Assembly (NCBI GenBank): GCA_963729625.1
Contig: CAVSOU010000008.1
Coordinates: 960,001 to 1,024,000 of the forward strand
Length of the DNA stretch: 64,000 nt
Source of the DNA: an uncultured bacterium
GTDB lineage: Bacteria; Chloroflexota; UBA5177; JANWHV01
Reading direction: 5' to 3'
A program made the translations under genes and the position numbers. The notes under the pieces are model-generated. The model was given only the letters and a program-made list of their open reading frames with translations. It had not been told where the DNA came from and did no database searches. Below are positions 1 through 9,375 of this stretch, piece by piece (the first letter of the stretch is position 1; each line of letters starts with the position of its first letter).

Positions 1-1133
1 CCCTGGTAGACGATCTGCCCGTTGGCCAGCACCATGTTCTGCGCGTCGTTGCCGCCGAGCAGCACCACCACCGCATCGGGATGGTAGTTCTCCGCTTGCT
101 GCTTCGCAACGAGCGACCAATCCACGAAGTCCGGACGGACCAGGCCCGTGCCGTAGTGAATGTCCACGGAGCCCCTGACCATCCCGTTCGAGCCGGCTAG
201 GTCCACCAGGTCGGGACCGAAGTACTCGCTCAGCGAGTCGCCGGTGACCAGGAGACGCAACGGCCGGTCTGCAGTGATGCGGGGCAGTGGCGGCCCGGGC
301 GGCGTCGCGGTGGCCGTGGGCGTGCGGGTAGCCTTGCGAGTATGGATAGGCTCGGGCGTGCTGGTAGCCGTGCGAGTAGCGGTGACCCTGGGCGCGTGCG
401 CAGCTCTGGCTGTGCGGGTCGCACCGTACGTGCGGGTCGCGTTGAGGGCTCTGGTGGTCGCATAGACACCTGCGGAATCCGGCGCGTCCGGCGGCGTGCC
501 GGCCGAGTGCGCTCGCCTGAGCGGTGCAGGGACGAGCCCGGTGGCGCGCGAGGGCGATTGGCTTCCGCCGGAAGGGTCACACGGGTGAGCGGGTCCGGCA
601 CAATCCGAGAGCCCCGAGCTGAGCGGATTCCGCGCGACCGCGACGGAGCCGCGGCCAGGCGGCGCGGCATGAGTGGGAGTGCTCGCAGCCGCCCTCGAGG
701 CGTTCTTCACGACATCCTGCCGCGTGGGATGACGTGCAAGGCTCGTGGCGCGAGCGGTGGGCGCCTGGCCCGTGGAGACCACCTGCCGTGAGGAAACCAT
801 GACCACTCGCCGCAGCACGCGAGCCGGTTCCGTGGCCGGCGCCGTGGTTGCGCCGGACGTGTCATCTGCGCTCGCCAGCAGCAGCGGTGCAGTCGCCGGC
901 TGCGGCTCGTTGCCAAGAGCGGCGTCGATCCGATCGCGCGGCCAGGTGAGGCCTGTCGGCTCCGCGACCCAGACTGCCGCGCGACCGATGACAAGCGTCG
1001 AGTCGTGCATGAAGCCGGCGGGCATCTCGCTCGCGTCGTGCACGACGGAGTGGGCGCAGAGCAGCAGCGCCAGGCTCAGTGCCAGGTAGACGGTCACCAG
1101 CACCTGGCGAATGGAGCTCAGCGGCGACGGCAC
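1..1133 (-). CDS. DUF459/SGNH-hydrolase-like membrane-anchored protein with long P/T linker (3' end runs off window)
   Basis: GTG at 1133 after GAAGGGA. N-terminal hydrophobic helix, TAT/TPR-rich linker, then LRLLVTGDSLS...GTGLVRPDFVDW...VVVLLGGND (SGNH blocks) in the same frame. Confidence 0.75.
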   Translation of the reverse strand, partial: MPSPLSSIRQVLVTVYLALSLALLLCAHSVVHDASEMPAGFMHDSTLVIGRAAVWVAEPTGLTWPRDRIDAALGNEPQPATAPLLLASADDTSGATTAPATEPARVLRRVVMVSSRQVVSTGQAPTARATSLARHPTRQDVVKNASRAAASTPTHAAPPGRGSVAVARNPLSSGLSDCAGPAHPCDPSGGSQSPSRATGLVPAPLRRAHSAGTPPDAPDSAGVYATTRALNATRTYGATRTARAAHAPRVTATRTATSTPEPIHTRKATRTPTATATPPGPPLPRITADRPLRLLVTGDSLSEYFGPDLVDLAGSNGMVRGSVDIHYGTGLVRPDFVDWSLVAKQQAENYHPDAVVVLLGGNDAQNMVLANGQIVYQ

Positions 1134-1191
1134 GGCTACGAAGTCCCTTCCGTGCCTCTACACGAGCAGGTCGCCGTAGCCACGCGATCCG

Positions 1192-2424
1192 TCATGGTAA
1201 CTGGCTTGGAAACGGGCCAAGATAGGCGAACGCCGTGATGTTACGGACGGGCAGCGCGATCGGCGCCAGGGTGCCGCCGGCCAGATCGAGCACCGCCAGA
1301 CCCGTGGCATCGGTCGACGACTTGGCCACGATCAGATGGCGGCTATCCAGCCAGCCCCACGGCTCGAGGTTCAGCGGCACGCTCGTCATCGCACCTCCGG
1401 GCTGCACCAGGCGCAGCTCGCTGCCATCGCTCAGAGCGATGGTCTTCCCATCGGGCGACGCAACGCCCTCCACAAAACCGTACGCGACGCGCAGCTCATC
1501 AGAGAACGGCGTCGAGCTCCCATCCCAATGCGCGACAGAGAGGGAACCCGGCCCGCCGTTCGTGTCGCGTTGCCAGCACGCCGTGCCGGCGGCCGACAGC
1601 GGTCCTGAGGGAGAGATCCCGGTAATATAGTCGCCGGCGCATATCGTGGCCAGGCGCCGGCCGGTGTCCGGATTGACCAGATGATAGCCGTTCGCCGCGG
1701 CGTAGGGGTTTTGCCACGCGTACTGCTGGGTTCCGACCGGGCCGACCGCCACCACCAGGTTGCCCCGGTACCAGCCGACAGGCCATTCGCTCGTATTGGA
1801 ATCGAAGGTCTGCTCGAAGATCTCTTGATGATGCGCACCGCTCCCGAGATCCTCGACATAGAGGCGGAGATCGTTGCGAGCATCCACGTAGTTCGGATGG
1901 CCCGCCAACGGCAGATAAGTTCTCTCGGCCACCGCGATTCGCCGATCATCCGGGCTTACGGCGAATCCGACGAGCGTGGCAGGGCCGCCGTGTACGGTCG
2001 CCGCCAGGCGGGTGCGTCCATCTGAGCTCAGCGAGATGACGCGTGTGTCGCCGTCCAGGTAGTACACACGGTTGCGCGTGGCGCTGACCGATGTGGGATA
2101 CACCGGCACGGCGCCCGGAAAGACGCAACAGGTCTTGGCGGCGGCGCCCGGTGGAATATAGTCGCCCCCGGGCAGGCAGCACGATACCCCGCGGCCGGCG
2201 GCATGCGCGACGATACGGCCGTGCGCATCCACCAGGTAGACGGCGTTGCCCACGCCAAAGACCGCGTACGTCTGGCGAGGCACGGCAGCAGTCGAGCGTG
2301 CCACGGGCCCGGCCGCGCGCGCGGCATATGCAGCTCCAGCCGGGGCCGACGCGATCAGAGCCAGCGCGACGCCCAGGAACAGACAGCGCCGCCCAACAGT
2401 CGACAGCCGATTCAGGCTTGCCAT
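1192..2424 (-). CDS. secreted TolB/WD40-like beta-propeller protein
   Basis: ATG 2424 with GAGGAGG RBS, signal peptide, SPDDRRIAV and SPDGKTIAL blade motifs. Confidence 0.7.
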   Translation of the reverse strand: MASLNRLSTVGRRCLFLGVALALIASAPAGAAYAARAAGPVARSTAAVPRQTYAVFGVGNAVYLVDAHGRIVAHAAGRGVSCCLPGGDYIPPGAAAKTCCVFPGAVPVYPTSVSATRNRVYYLDGDTRVISLSSDGRTRLAATVHGGPATLVGFAVSPDDRRIAVAERTYLPLAGHPNYVDARNDLRLYVEDLGSGAHHQEIFEQTFDSNTSEWPVGWYRGNLVVAVGPVGTQQYAWQNPYAAANGYHLVNPDTGRRLATICAGDYITGISPSGPLSAAGTACWQRDTNGGPGSLSVAHWDGSSTPFSDELRVAYGFVEGVASPDGKTIALSDGSELRLVQPGGAMTSVPLNLEPWGWLDSRHLIVAKSSTDATGLAVLDLAGGTLAPIALPVRNITAFAYLGPFPSQLP

Positions 2425-2567
2425 GTGTCGATCCACCTCCTCACAGGTGCAGACGCCTCTACGATCATTGACACGCGGCCAAGGTTGGCCGTTGGTTGGC
2501 CCCAGGGCCATTCAGTGTGCGCCTTTCCACAGCGGAGGCCGGCTTGACAAGCAGGAGATGAGGTTTT

Positions 2568-2611
2568 GGGGACACCCCAAGCCGCCGGGGTCCTGCGGTC
2601 CCCTGCAACCC
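2568..2611. repeat. short REP/MITE-like GC-rich element, copy 1
   Basis: GGGGACACCCC...GCCGGGG...CCCCTGCAACCC; similar element at 42801-42846. Confidence 0.4.
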
Positions 2612-2672
2612 AGGTCCTACCGCCTACCCATGCTTCAACACGTTGTGACTCTGTTTCAGTCTCTCCTGTCGT

Positions 2673-4589
2673 TTATAGTCCCGGCACGTACGGAAGCTTC
2701 AGTGCCGGATCGTTCCAGTGCGTCACCACGCCGTCCACCGTTGCCTTGGCCCCCGACGAGGAATCCGTCGTGCTCGCGGTCTCCTCCACGAGGCGACTCG
2801 TCGCCGGATCCACCCAGAACGTGCCGGATCCGTTTGTGGTGGAGAACTCATAGCCCTGCACGCGCTGGCCGCCGATGGTCGAGGCGCCGATGGGCGTCAG
2901 CGGGCCGGACACGCTCCCACTGTTGAGCGCCACCTGGGGCAGGAGCTGGCCGAGGTTGATCGTGCCGCCCATCCAGCTCACGGTGTCGATGCGTCCGCAC
3001 GACCACGCGCCGCCGTTGACGCGCAGGCAACCCCTGTCACCGCGGCCGGCGGCGTCGATGGTCTCCACGGAAGTGCTTCCCAGCATATTGATGGGCACGG
3101 TGCCGGTCAGGTAGAAGGCGCCGTTCGGCGCTGCCCCGACCACCACATAGTGCAGGTGCATGCTCACGCTGCCCGCCCAGGTCGAGCCGCTGGCGTCGAT
3201 GGTCAGCTCGAAGCTCCTGCCGGCGAGCAGGGCGGCGATGATGCGCTGCACGGTCATCGGCCCGACCGGGGTGGGCAAGGGAGGTGGGGGCGGCACGCGG
3301 GTGGGAACTGTGGTCGGCGTTGCCGCGACGTCAATATAGAACGTGGTCTCGTCCGAGCCGAATCGGCCGCCTGCCAGCGAGTAGGCGTCCAGCATCAGTT
3401 TCGCCAAGCCGCTAGGCCCAGTCAGGCGGACAGTGCGGCACTGCTGGCCGCTGGCCTTCTGATTGACCAGCACGCGTGAAGCCTCTCCGACCACAACGAG
3501 CCGCACCTGGAGCCATGCCGGACTCGTCACGTTAGTACAGTAACCCACGTTCTCGCCAATTCGCGTTTCGTAATTGTTCAGACTGACCGTGGCCTGAAAG
3601 GAAGTGCCTGAGGTAGTTGACAACCGGATCCGGACGATGGGAGCAATCGTACCACTGAGCTGTGCCTGTGCGCGTTCGACGGCCATCTTGGCGAAGTCGT
3701 AGAACATCGCCGTGATCCGTAGGGCGAGCTTGGCCAGTGAGTAAGCGTCTGCTATCGCTCCCAGCTGTTTCATGGCAGCCTGGACTGCCGATGTTGTGAC
3801 GGCGACATGCCCGGCGACGCTGATGCCTTTCGCAATGAGTGGTGCCAATCGCGCCAAAGCCCACGGCTTGGCAAGCACTTTGCCGAGCGATGTGGTCAGG
3901 TCGGCGCTGGCCCAGACGATGTCAGGCAAGGACGTAGCATTGGCGTACTTGTACAGTGCAGCGAACGGAGCGGTGTAGTCATTCACGCTCATCAGTTCCG
4001 CTGCTGCCGCGAAGATGTCGGGCGCGGCGTTGAGCACGGCCGCTGGGTCCACGTCGATAGCCGGCACCGTACCGCCCGTTTGAAGGCTCTGTGCCACCAC
4101 GTAGACCTCGACCAAACTGATTCCCATCTCAAGCTCGTCGGCAAGCACTGCATTCGAATCGCAGGGATTCAGATCAACACTGGCATACTGGTCGGCGCCG
4201 CTGAAAGCCAGGTCAAGGGTCAGGTGCTGCTTGGGGCCGAAATAGCCGTATTTCCATAGCGTGGATCGGGTGCCGACGACGGCCCCGGCCCGAGAGGCGT
4301 CTACGGCGTAGAAGAGAGCCAGGTTGTTAGTAATCGGTAACGTGAAGCGGGCTGCACCACCCTGGATGGGCGCGGTCGTCACGTCTTGCGACGGGTTGTC
4401 GATAGCGATCTGCCAGTGGGCTGCCAGGGCGGTCCGCTCGTAGGACAGATCACGGCCGTGGGCGTGGGCAGCGTTGCCGCCACCGGATAGACCGGTCGTG
4501 AGCAGCAAGAAAGGCAAGGTGAGGCAGCACCAGAACATGTGACGATTGGGCCGATCCCTAAGCACTGCACCGAGTGACCTTCGCATCAC
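2673..4589 (-). CDS. secreted multidomain protein: unannotated N-terminal domain, Ig-like module, P/T linker, C-terminal LppX/LolA-like beta-sheet domain
   Basis: Signal peptide. N-domain aligns by eye with the 55657 gene. C-terminus has TIGGQRVQGYEF...TFWVDPATSRLVE...THWNDP, resembling an LppX/LolA-type fold (inference). Confidence 0.65.
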   Translation of the reverse strand: MMRRSLGAVLRDRPNRHMFWCCLTLPFLLLTTGLSGGGNAAHAHGRDLSYERTALAAHWQIAIDNPSQDVTTAPIQGGAARFTLPITNNLALFYAVDASRAGAVVGTRSTLWKYGYFGPKQHLTLDLAFSGADQYASVDLNPCDSNAVLADELEMGISLVEVYVVAQSLQTGGTVPAIDVDPAAVLNAAPDIFAAAAELMSVNDYTAPFAALYKYANATSLPDIVWASADLTTSLGKVLAKPWALARLAPLIAKGISVAGHVAVTTSAVQAAMKQLGAIADAYSLAKLALRITAMFYDFAKMAVERAQAQLSGTIAPIVRIRLSTTSGTSFQATVSLNNYETRIGENVGYCTNVTSPAWLQVRLVVVGEASRVLVNQKASGQQCRTVRLTGPSGLAKLMLDAYSLAGGRFGSDETTFYIDVAATPTTVPTRVPPPPPLPTPVGPMTVQRIIAALLAGRSFELTIDASGSTWAGSVSMHLHYVVVGAAPNGAFYLTGTVPINMLGSTSVETIDAAGRGDRGCLRVNGGAWSCGRIDTVSWMGGTINLGQLLPQVALNSGSVSGPLTPIGASTIGGQRVQGYEFSTTNGSGTFWVDPATSRLVEETASTTDSSSGAKATVDGVVTHWNDPALKLPYVPGL

Positions 4590-4804
4590 GCCCTCATTTC
4601 TGCCGTGGTTGGCAATCTTCAGACGGGCTGCCGCGTCGCCTGTTCGCGATGCCGACGGTATGGCTTATGCAGCCTGTCATTGGGATGCCTTCTTCCCCGA
4701 CAGCGCCCGTAACCACACCGGCTGGCGCGCGCTCGTCGCCATCTGTTGTCGTCTATTCAGGTCGACGCGGCCTGCCCGAGCGTGAAACTCGCGCGGTTGT
4801 AGCA

Positions 4805-4837
4805 ATCCTAGCACCCGAGCATTAGGCCGGCGTTAGG
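4805..4837 (-). promoter_or_regulatory. direct-repeat box plus extended -10 promoter (#1)
   Basis: Minus strand CCTAACG CCGG CCTAATG CTCGGGTGC TAGGAT, upstream of the 4589 gene. Confidence 0.85.
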
Positions 4838-4894
4838 CGCCGCCGCCCTGCTCGAAGCTTGGCCGGCGCCCGCTCCGCGCCCCCGATGGGCACG

Positions 4895-5485
4895 CTATCG
4901 CGTTCCCGCCTTGCAGGCAGGCTGGAACCACTGCGAGTTCCTCGCTCTGGACGGCACCCCCGCACTGGGCCCAAACTCGGTGCTCAGAGAATCGTACACG
5001 TAAGCACGTTGCAGACGTGACGCAAACATGCGCGCGTCGATCATTCGCACGTTGCAGACCATCGGGTGCGAGGCGACCAATGTGACCGGCGCCTGGCGCA
5101 TCGGCCCTCCAGCGCAGCTCTTGGTGCACAGGTCGTAGTTATACGTGCCGACCGCCGATGCCATCGCCAGGGAGTGTCGCGTCCAGCGCAGGTTGGTAAA
5201 GCCGTCGTGGTTGTCGATCGCTATCGTCGCCGGGAAGTGCGGCCAGCTCCAGAGCCTGCCCAGCATCACACCATTGAGAACGTACAGCTCCGGCTGCTGG
5301 ACGGCCACATGCGTGGCCGGCGAACTGGACCATATTGGCCCGCTGGATGTGATACCATCGGCGGACCATCGGGCAGGAGCCACCCGTGCTGCTACCTGTC
5401 CCGCTCCGTCGCCCTGATAAAGTGCAACGCCCATGATCGCCAGGCCGAGCACGGCCAGCCGCTGAGCTCCTCTGGCAGTTCTCAT
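4895..5485 (-). CDS. secreted hypothetical protein with Cys pairs
   Basis: Signal peptide; NLRW...ASAVGT...CTKSCAGG motif. Confidence 0.6.
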   Translation of the reverse strand: MRTARGAQRLAVLGLAIMGVALYQGDGAGQVAARVAPARWSADGITSSGPIWSSSPATHVAVQQPELYVLNGVMLGRLWSWPHFPATIAIDNHDGFTNLRWTRHSLAMASAVGTYNYDLCTKSCAGGPMRQAPVTLVASHPMVCNVRMIDARMFASRLQRAYVYDSLSTEFGPSAGVPSRARNSQWFQPACKAGTR

Positions 5486-5564
5486 CGTCGGGTATCCTCC
5501 CTAATCTACTGGCGTTCGGATCCAGGTGGACGGGCGCGGCGCATTCGCGCCGGTCATCGCGCAC

Positions 5565-5596
5565 ATACTGGCACGCGAGCATAGGCCGGCGTTAGC
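5565..5596 (-). promoter_or_regulatory. direct-repeat box plus -10 (#2, second heptamer one A short)
   Basis: GCTAACG CCGG CCTATG CTCGCGTGC CAGTAT, upstream of the 5485 gene. Confidence 0.65.
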
Positions 5597-5608
5597 CGGC
5601 ACCGACGC

Positions 5609-8600
5609 CTATACAGGACGCCAGTCCATGCTGGTCTGACCGACGTAGTACACGCGGTTCCCCTCCAGCGCCAGCACGGTGATGGTCATGGGAGTGCCTG
5701 CTGATGGCGGCGTGCCGCTGCCTCCCGGCAGGAAGTCCACGTGAAGTGTGGCCGCCTTACCGGCCTGCACCACGACCGGCGCGCTCTTGGCCAGATAGGT
5801 GACCGGGTACGCACCCTGGGGTACCGGCAGGGTGTGCTGCGCGTGCTGGTACGTGACGACAGCCTGGAAGATGGCCCCAACTTTCCCCGCGCGCACCGGT
5901 ACGTCGAGCGTCGCCGTGTGCGTCTGCAGCAGGGCCGCCTGCTCCTGCATCACCAGCTTGCCGAGACTGCCGGTCGGCGCCGGCGGCACCTTGCCCCTCT
6001 CAAAGCCCGCGAGCACAAGCTTCGCATTCGTCGTGATCGACGCCGCCAGCGGGATGCCGGAGAGGGAGGTGGCAGTCGCCGTGCTCACCAGCTGCGCGTC
6101 CTCCGCCTCCTTCCCCAGCGCCTGCAGCGCCTGGAACGCCAGCTTGGTCCCCTTGTAGGCCAGTCCACCCCAGCCTCCCACGGGTAGCGAGAGCGCCGTC
6201 AGGCTCCAGCAGAGCGCCGTATCCGCGAAGAAGTTGTCGAACACGGTCGTGTCTTTGTCGGAACTCGATCGCAGGGTGTAGGCCGTGGTGAGCAGATTGG
6301 AGAGGGCTTCGAGCTCGCCGGCAAGGCGGTTGTTGGCGCTGGTCACCGACGCCAGCGCCGCCTCCATCGCTCTAGCCTGGCTCGTCGAAGGGGGATGGGC
6401 ACGCACGGCTGCCTCGGCCGCTTTCGCCGCCGCATCGACCTGCTGCTTATCGGCCTGGATCTGCGTGCTCAACGCCGCGCCGGCGCGCGGATCTCCGGTG
6501 ATGAGCCAATCGACCAGCCCGGCCACGCCTGCGTCGTAGCCCGCCTTGGCCAGGTGCTTGGCCGCGTCCTTGCCCAGGTGCCGGGCGGCATCGGCAACGA
6601 GCGCCTTGGTGTTGGTGAGCGACATCTGCCCGATGAAATCGTGCAGGCTGCCCTGCCAGAGGTCCTTGGCCGCACTCCCGGCGGAGAGCGCATCGAGGAT
6701 GATCGTGGCTGCTCCCTGCAGGGCATCGCTCTTCAAATGCTGGCGAAAGTAGAGTACCGCTTGCCGTCGCGCCGCCTCTCCCTGCTGCAGTTGGTCCAGC
6801 CCCTTGTCGCTGGTGGCGCGCAGGTGCTCGATCGCCGCGAGGAGGCTGTCCAGCTGCTGGGGCGGGGGCGCGACGGGTTGGAGGGCGAAGGAGCTATAAG
6901 TAGCGCCTTGCTCGGTGCCGACGCCAGATGCGATCATGCTTGGGCGATGGGACTGCAGGCTGTACAGATAGAGCGTCGACGTTCTATTAGGATATGCACC
7001 TAGCGGTTGCTGCAAGATGAGGCCGCGGTCACCATCCACGAACGCAGTAGGATAACCTGGGAATGCCAGGCGCTGTAAAGAACCGGAGCCGATAGTGAAC
7101 ACGAAACACGCCGGTTCCTGGAGACCGCGATACGCGTCCAGGAGATCAGCAAACGCGAATCCGGAACTATCTGGCTGCCAAACTACGAGGGACGGCAGCG
7201 TGCCGTAGTAAGCCCAGTACGGCATCTGCGCGTTGCCAGTGTAGACCTCGCGTGTCACGCTACCCACTGCGACAAGCTTGAGCACGTAGTGCTGGGAATT
7301 GCTGGTATATGCGCTGGCAAGGACGTGCCGCCCGTTCGGCGCCCACGCTAGAACCAAGTCAGCTGGAGGCACAACCGTCCGAAGGATGTGCCCTGACCGA
7401 TCGAGCAGCCAGCGATCAAAGACGTAGCCGCCCGGGAGAGACACCCACTGATTGTTGTTTGCCATCCACTCCGCCGCAGGGTCAAGCAAGGTCGCCCGGC
7501 CCCCACCGGCTGGCATGACCATCTTGCGACCACTGCAACTGGTGTTGGTGCAACTTGAATACACCGAGTACGCTATGAGGCGGTCATCCGGCGACCACGA
7601 TGGAATGGCGCCCTGCCCAATGCGTGCCAGGACATCACCTTTGAGCGAGAGCACGACCAGCTCGGGGTCACTGGCAGGCATGCCCGCTCGGAAACTCGTG
7701 GCACCCTCGGCAACTACCAGGCGAGTGCTGTCATGCGACCATGCAAGGGAAGACCACGCGGGGAGTGCGAATCTAGAAGCCATACGTTGCGCCTGGCCAG
7801 TCATACGGTCCCAGATCCACAGGTCTGCCGTGTCCGCGCTCGTGACCTCCTTTGGAAACGCCAGATACCGCCCGTTAGGCGACCAGGTATCGTCATGCCA
7901 CCAGGCCCTTTCAAATGAGCGTGCCTCCGACAGCACGACCTTCGTCCCGTCTAGAGGGTCAACCACGGCGAGCTGGCCGGCCGTACCCATGACGGCAATT
8001 CGTGATCCGTCGGGGGCCCACTGAAGACCTTGAGCCGGCCACGGCGTGCCGAGCACTCGTGCGGGGCCGCCACTAATCGGCTTAACGTACGGGACGCCGC
8101 TGGCTACATAGGCCACCAACTGGCCGGGCGAAGCCTGGATCGGTCTGCCAGGGCTGGCGCCGGCCGCCTGAGGCGCCTTATAGATCTCAGCGTCGGTCGT
8201 CGGCACGGAGTGCGCTCCCCCCGTCCACCCACCTGTAATCAGCTCGCACCCGTCATTTAGCGAGACGAGCTGCGCTCCTGTATGCGGCGCCAGCAGCGGG
8301 GCGTCGAGCGACCACTTCCCCGTAGACGGGTCATAGATCTCGCTCTGCAGTATCGGATTGCCTCGCGCGTCAGTGCCGCCTGCCACGAGCACGCGTCCGT
8401 CTGCGAGAGTTGCAACGCCGAATCCCACGCGGCCGACGTGCAGCGAGCCAGTGCGCGACCACTGGCCGGTAGAGGGATCATAGACCTGCGCGTCGGGGTA
8501 GGCAGTGTTGTTGGCGGAGCCGCCTATCAACAGCACCCGACCGTCATCCAGCAGGGACAGCTCGAAGCTCCAGCGCGGATTTGCATAGCTGCCAGTGATC

Positions 8601-9368
8601 GACCAACGGCCGGTCGCCGGGTCGTAAAGCTCGGCCTGTGGACTGGTCTTGTTCCACGGGCCTTCGCCTCCAACCATCAACACACGACCGTCGTGCAGAA
8701 GCACGCCTGTGAGGTTGCCCTCGCGCGCTATGTTGACGTCGCCGGTGAAAGTCCAGCGGCCGGTGGCGGGATCGTAGAATCTCGGAGCTGTACTGGAAGC
8801 GGTTCCCGTCGGGAACGCCATGCCCGCCGGTGGCAACCAGTACGTTCCCATCTTGAAGAGCGACGACGAGCGAATTGCGACGCGGGACGTTCAGGCTTCC
8901 GGTGCTCGACCACGTTCCCGTAGCCGGATTGTAGAGCTCGGCGGATGCGAGGTCGCCACTGCCATCCCACGCCGTGGCTCCGCCGACCAGGAGGATTCGT
9001 CCGTCCTTGAGCGGCACAGCCGAGTTCGTCCAGGTAGACCGCGGTTGATTCACCCTACCTGTTGGCGTCCATCGTCCGGTTGCGGGATTGTACAGATCGG
9101 TAGCACCGGTGAGCACACTGTTGCGGCTGTCGGAGTACCCGCTGATCGCGAGCACCCGGCCATCCCGGAGCTTGACAAGCGAGCCCGCCGAGTGTGCCGC
9201 GAGCATGGACCCGGTCTCCGACCATGCGCCGGCGTAGGTCATGGGCGCTGCCGTGCGCATCGGGGCGCTCGCGAGCGTGGACCGGTTCGGGGCCAGAAGG
9301 CCGGACACGAGTACGGCCGCGGAACAGAGGGCTGCGCCATTCGGATGCCACCAGCGTTTCACGTCCAA
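5609..9368 (-). CDS. large secreted Kelch-repeat, TolB/WD40 propeller, alpha-helical and Ig-like protein (frameshift ~8779)
   Basis: ORFs 8544-9368 and 5609-8851 join at SEI/YDP, where GAGATTCTAC has one extra base. Repeated LxDGRVLxxGG...ELYDPATGxW Kelch motifs and WSPDG motifs. Confidence 0.8.
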
Positions 9369-9375
9369 TTCCCTT

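Noticed and set aside
290-470. Short tandem-like repeats in P/T-rich regions (also ~35200-35330, ~40810-40960)
   Set aside because: They encode low-complexity Pro/Thr/Ala linkers, not independent DNA elements.
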